From IMG/VR virus record IMGVR_UViG_2521172733_000017: a DNA stretch of 18,058 nt, one strand, 5' to 3'. The notes below the pieces were generated by a model, which made no database searches, was not told the origin of the DNA, and saw only the letters and a program-made list of their open reading frames with translations. The position numbers and the translations under genes were made by a program. This DNA is from a virus. Taxonomy: Duplodnaviria > Heunggongvirae > Uroviricota > Caudoviricetes. Positions 16,737-18,058 of the stretch are shown here, in pieces. The stretch's first letter is position 1, and the number at the start of each line of letters is the position of its first letter.

Positions 16737-16904
16737 GATGTTGTCAGATTAAAAAGATAGATTAGCGCAGGTACCTGTTGGTGGATTGCAGGAGGAAAAA
16801 TGAAGTCGAGTGGAAAAATCCCAGAAAAATTTTTGTTTAACAGAGGTCCTGGTTCACTATGCGAAATACGGAGGAGCTGCAGAAGAATTCTGCTTCATCC
16901 TTAG
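16737..16904 (+). pseudogene. Decayed paralogous copy of the hok-like locus (promoter-like region, leader and fused 34-codon ORF retaining ...GSLCEIR...)
   Basis: Segments homologous to 15726-15760, 15805-15850 and 15977-16005 of the intact locus are present in the same order but with an internal deletion of about 120-130 bp that removes the Hok transmembrane region; a GGAGG RBS precedes ATG 16800. Confidence 0.5.
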
Positions 16905-16985
16905 AGTTTAAACAGCACGTGCACTACCATTGTTTCTGCATATCGCCACACCATCGCCACTCAACCGCCATTGCACAAAATACAA

Positions 16986-17013
16986 ATACAAAAAAACCAC
17001 CCGAAGGTGGTTT
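16986..17013 (-). terminator. Rho-independent terminator downstream of tRNA-Leu (stem CCACC/GGTGG, then a T-run on the - strand)
   Basis: On the - strand: GAAACCACCTTCGGGTGGTTTTTTTGTATTT, a hairpin followed by 7-8 T residues, about 45 nt 3' of the tRNA-Leu end. Confidence 0.7.
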
Positions 17014-17056
17014 CACGACACTGCTTATTGCTTTGATTTTATTCTTATCTTTCCCA

Positions 17057-17143
17057 TGGTACCCGGAGCGGGACTTGAACCCGCACAGCGCGAACGCCGA
17101 GGGATTTTAAATCCCTTGTGTCTACCGATTCCACCATCCGGGC
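17057..17143 (-). tRNA. leuZ: tRNA-Leu (anticodon UAA), 87 nt with long variable arm
   Basis: Reverse complement matches E. coli leuZ as recalled (GCCCGGATGGTGGAATCGGTAGACACAAGGGATTTAAAATCCC...GGGTTCAAGTCCCGCTCCGGGTACCA); encoded CCA end. Confidence 0.9.
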
Positions 17144-17155
17144 TCGGGAAGAAAG

Positions 17156-17229
17156 TGGAGGCGCGTTCCGGAGTCGAACCGGACTAGACGGATTTGCAAT
17201 CCGCTACATAACCGCTTTGTTAACGCGCC
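17156..17229 (-). tRNA. cysT: tRNA-Cys (anticodon GCA), 74 nt
   Basis: Reverse complement reads GGCGCGTTAACAAAGCGGTTATGTAGCGGATTGCAAATCCGTCTAGTCCGGTTCGACTCCGGAACGCGCCTCCA; anticodon loop TTGCAAA; encoded CCA. Confidence 0.9.
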
Positions 17230-17282
17230 AAATTCTTCAGGCCTTTCAGCCAGACATCCGCTGACGCCGATGTCTTTTAAAC

Positions 17283-17358
<76 letters not shown>

Positions 17359-17509
17359 ATTCATCAAGCAATCAGTTAATCACTTGATTTTATTATCGTC
17401 TGGCAATCAGTGCCGCCGTTCGATGCGTTGCATTCTACTTACCTGGCGCGATGAGTCAACGATATTTTTCACCACTTTTGATTGTTTGCTGAAAATTACG
17501 CCGAAACGA

Positions 17510-18058
17510 TCACTGTTCAAGCAAATCTGCACGCGCAGCGCTCAAATATTGCAACATTGACCACAGAGTCAGTACCGCAGCCACAAAGAAAAGTGCAATA
17601 CCGGCGTACTCAACCCAAATGTTCGGACGCCACAGCAGCCAGGCCAACGCCACCATCTGGGCAGTGGTTTTCACTTTCCCAATCCAGGAGACAGCCACGC
17701 TACTGCGTTTACCCAACTCCGCCATCCATTCGCGTAGCGCAGAAATAATAATTTCACGGGCGATCATCGTTGCCGCCGGTAAGGTCACCCACCAGCTGTG
17801 ATAATGCTCGGTTACCAGCACCATGGCGATAGCCACGAGAACTTTATCTGCGACAGGGTCAAGGAAAGCACCAAACCGGGTACTCTGGTTCCAGCGGCGT
17901 GCCAGAAAACCATCGAACCAGTCAGTCACCGCCGCGACGCAGAAAATGAGCGCGGCGGCAAACGGCGACCAGGTGACAGGCAGATAAAAGACCAATACAA
18001 AGAATGGGATAAGGATGACACGGAACAGTGTAAGCAACGTAGGGATATTAAATTGCAT
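17510..18058 (-). CDS. pgsA: CDP-diacylglycerol--glycerol-3-phosphate 3-phosphatidyltransferase (phosphatidylglycerophosphate synthase)
   Basis: 182-aa ORF essentially identical to E. coli PgsA as recalled ([27 protein letters not shown]...), including the CDP-alcohol phosphotransferase motif DGFLARR...G...DPVADK; start codon is the last three bases of the window. Confidence 0.95.
   Translation of the reverse strand: MQFNIPTLLTLFRVILIPFFVLVFYLPVTWSPFAAALIFCVAAVTDWFDGFLARRWNQSTRFGAFLDPVADKVLVAIAMVLVTEHYHSWWVTLPAATMIAREIIISALREWMAELGKRSSVAVSWIGKVKTTAQMVALAWLLWRPNIWVEYAGIALFFVAAVLTLWSMLQYLSAARADLLEQ

Noticed and set aside
15805-16850. Possibility that the roughly 40-bp similar sequences near 15805-15850 and 16808-16850 are prophage attachment-site direct repeats
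   Set aside because: The similarity is imperfect and extends into flanking promoter-like and coding segments in the same order, which fits paralogous hok loci better than att cores; both copies lie on the same side of the prophage, whereas attL would be at its far end outside the window.
17482-17801. ORFs 17482-17748 (+) and 17619-17801 (+) overlapping pgsA
   Set aside because: Antisense to the confidently identified pgsA coding sequence.

Overview
The window is mostly the right-hand (tail) end of a P2-family myovirus prophage, followed by a short AT-rich islet and the chromosomal tRNA-Gly/Cys/Leu cluster with pgsA (Escherichia/Shigella-type backbone). Left to right: the last 320 bp of an IS2-like element abutting a truncated ORF; tail genes R-S-V-W-J-I-H-G on the + strand; a Mu/P1-style invertible tail-fibre segment (gix-like inverted repeats at 5191-5216 and 7869-7894, alternative fibre C-terminus H' and chaperone G') with a Gin/Pin/Hin-family serine invertase; then the sheath-tube-E/E'-tape-measure-U block on the - strand, which is inverted relative to canonical P2 order; a frameshifted gpD; and an Ogr-like zinc-finger late activator. 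Beyond the prophage there is an unannotated Hok/Gef-family type I toxin ORF with its own promoter and terminator, an AT-rich orphan gene for a small secreted Cys-containing protein, a decayed second copy of the hok locus, then leuZ-cysT-glyW and pgsA. The prophage looks defective (IS2 truncation, gpD frameshift). No CRISPR array, rRNA or obvious multi-gene defence operon was found; the most unusual items are the tail-block inversion next to the invertase, the hok tandem and the orphan secreted protein. All identifications rest on reading the sequence and recalled family motifs; no database search was run.
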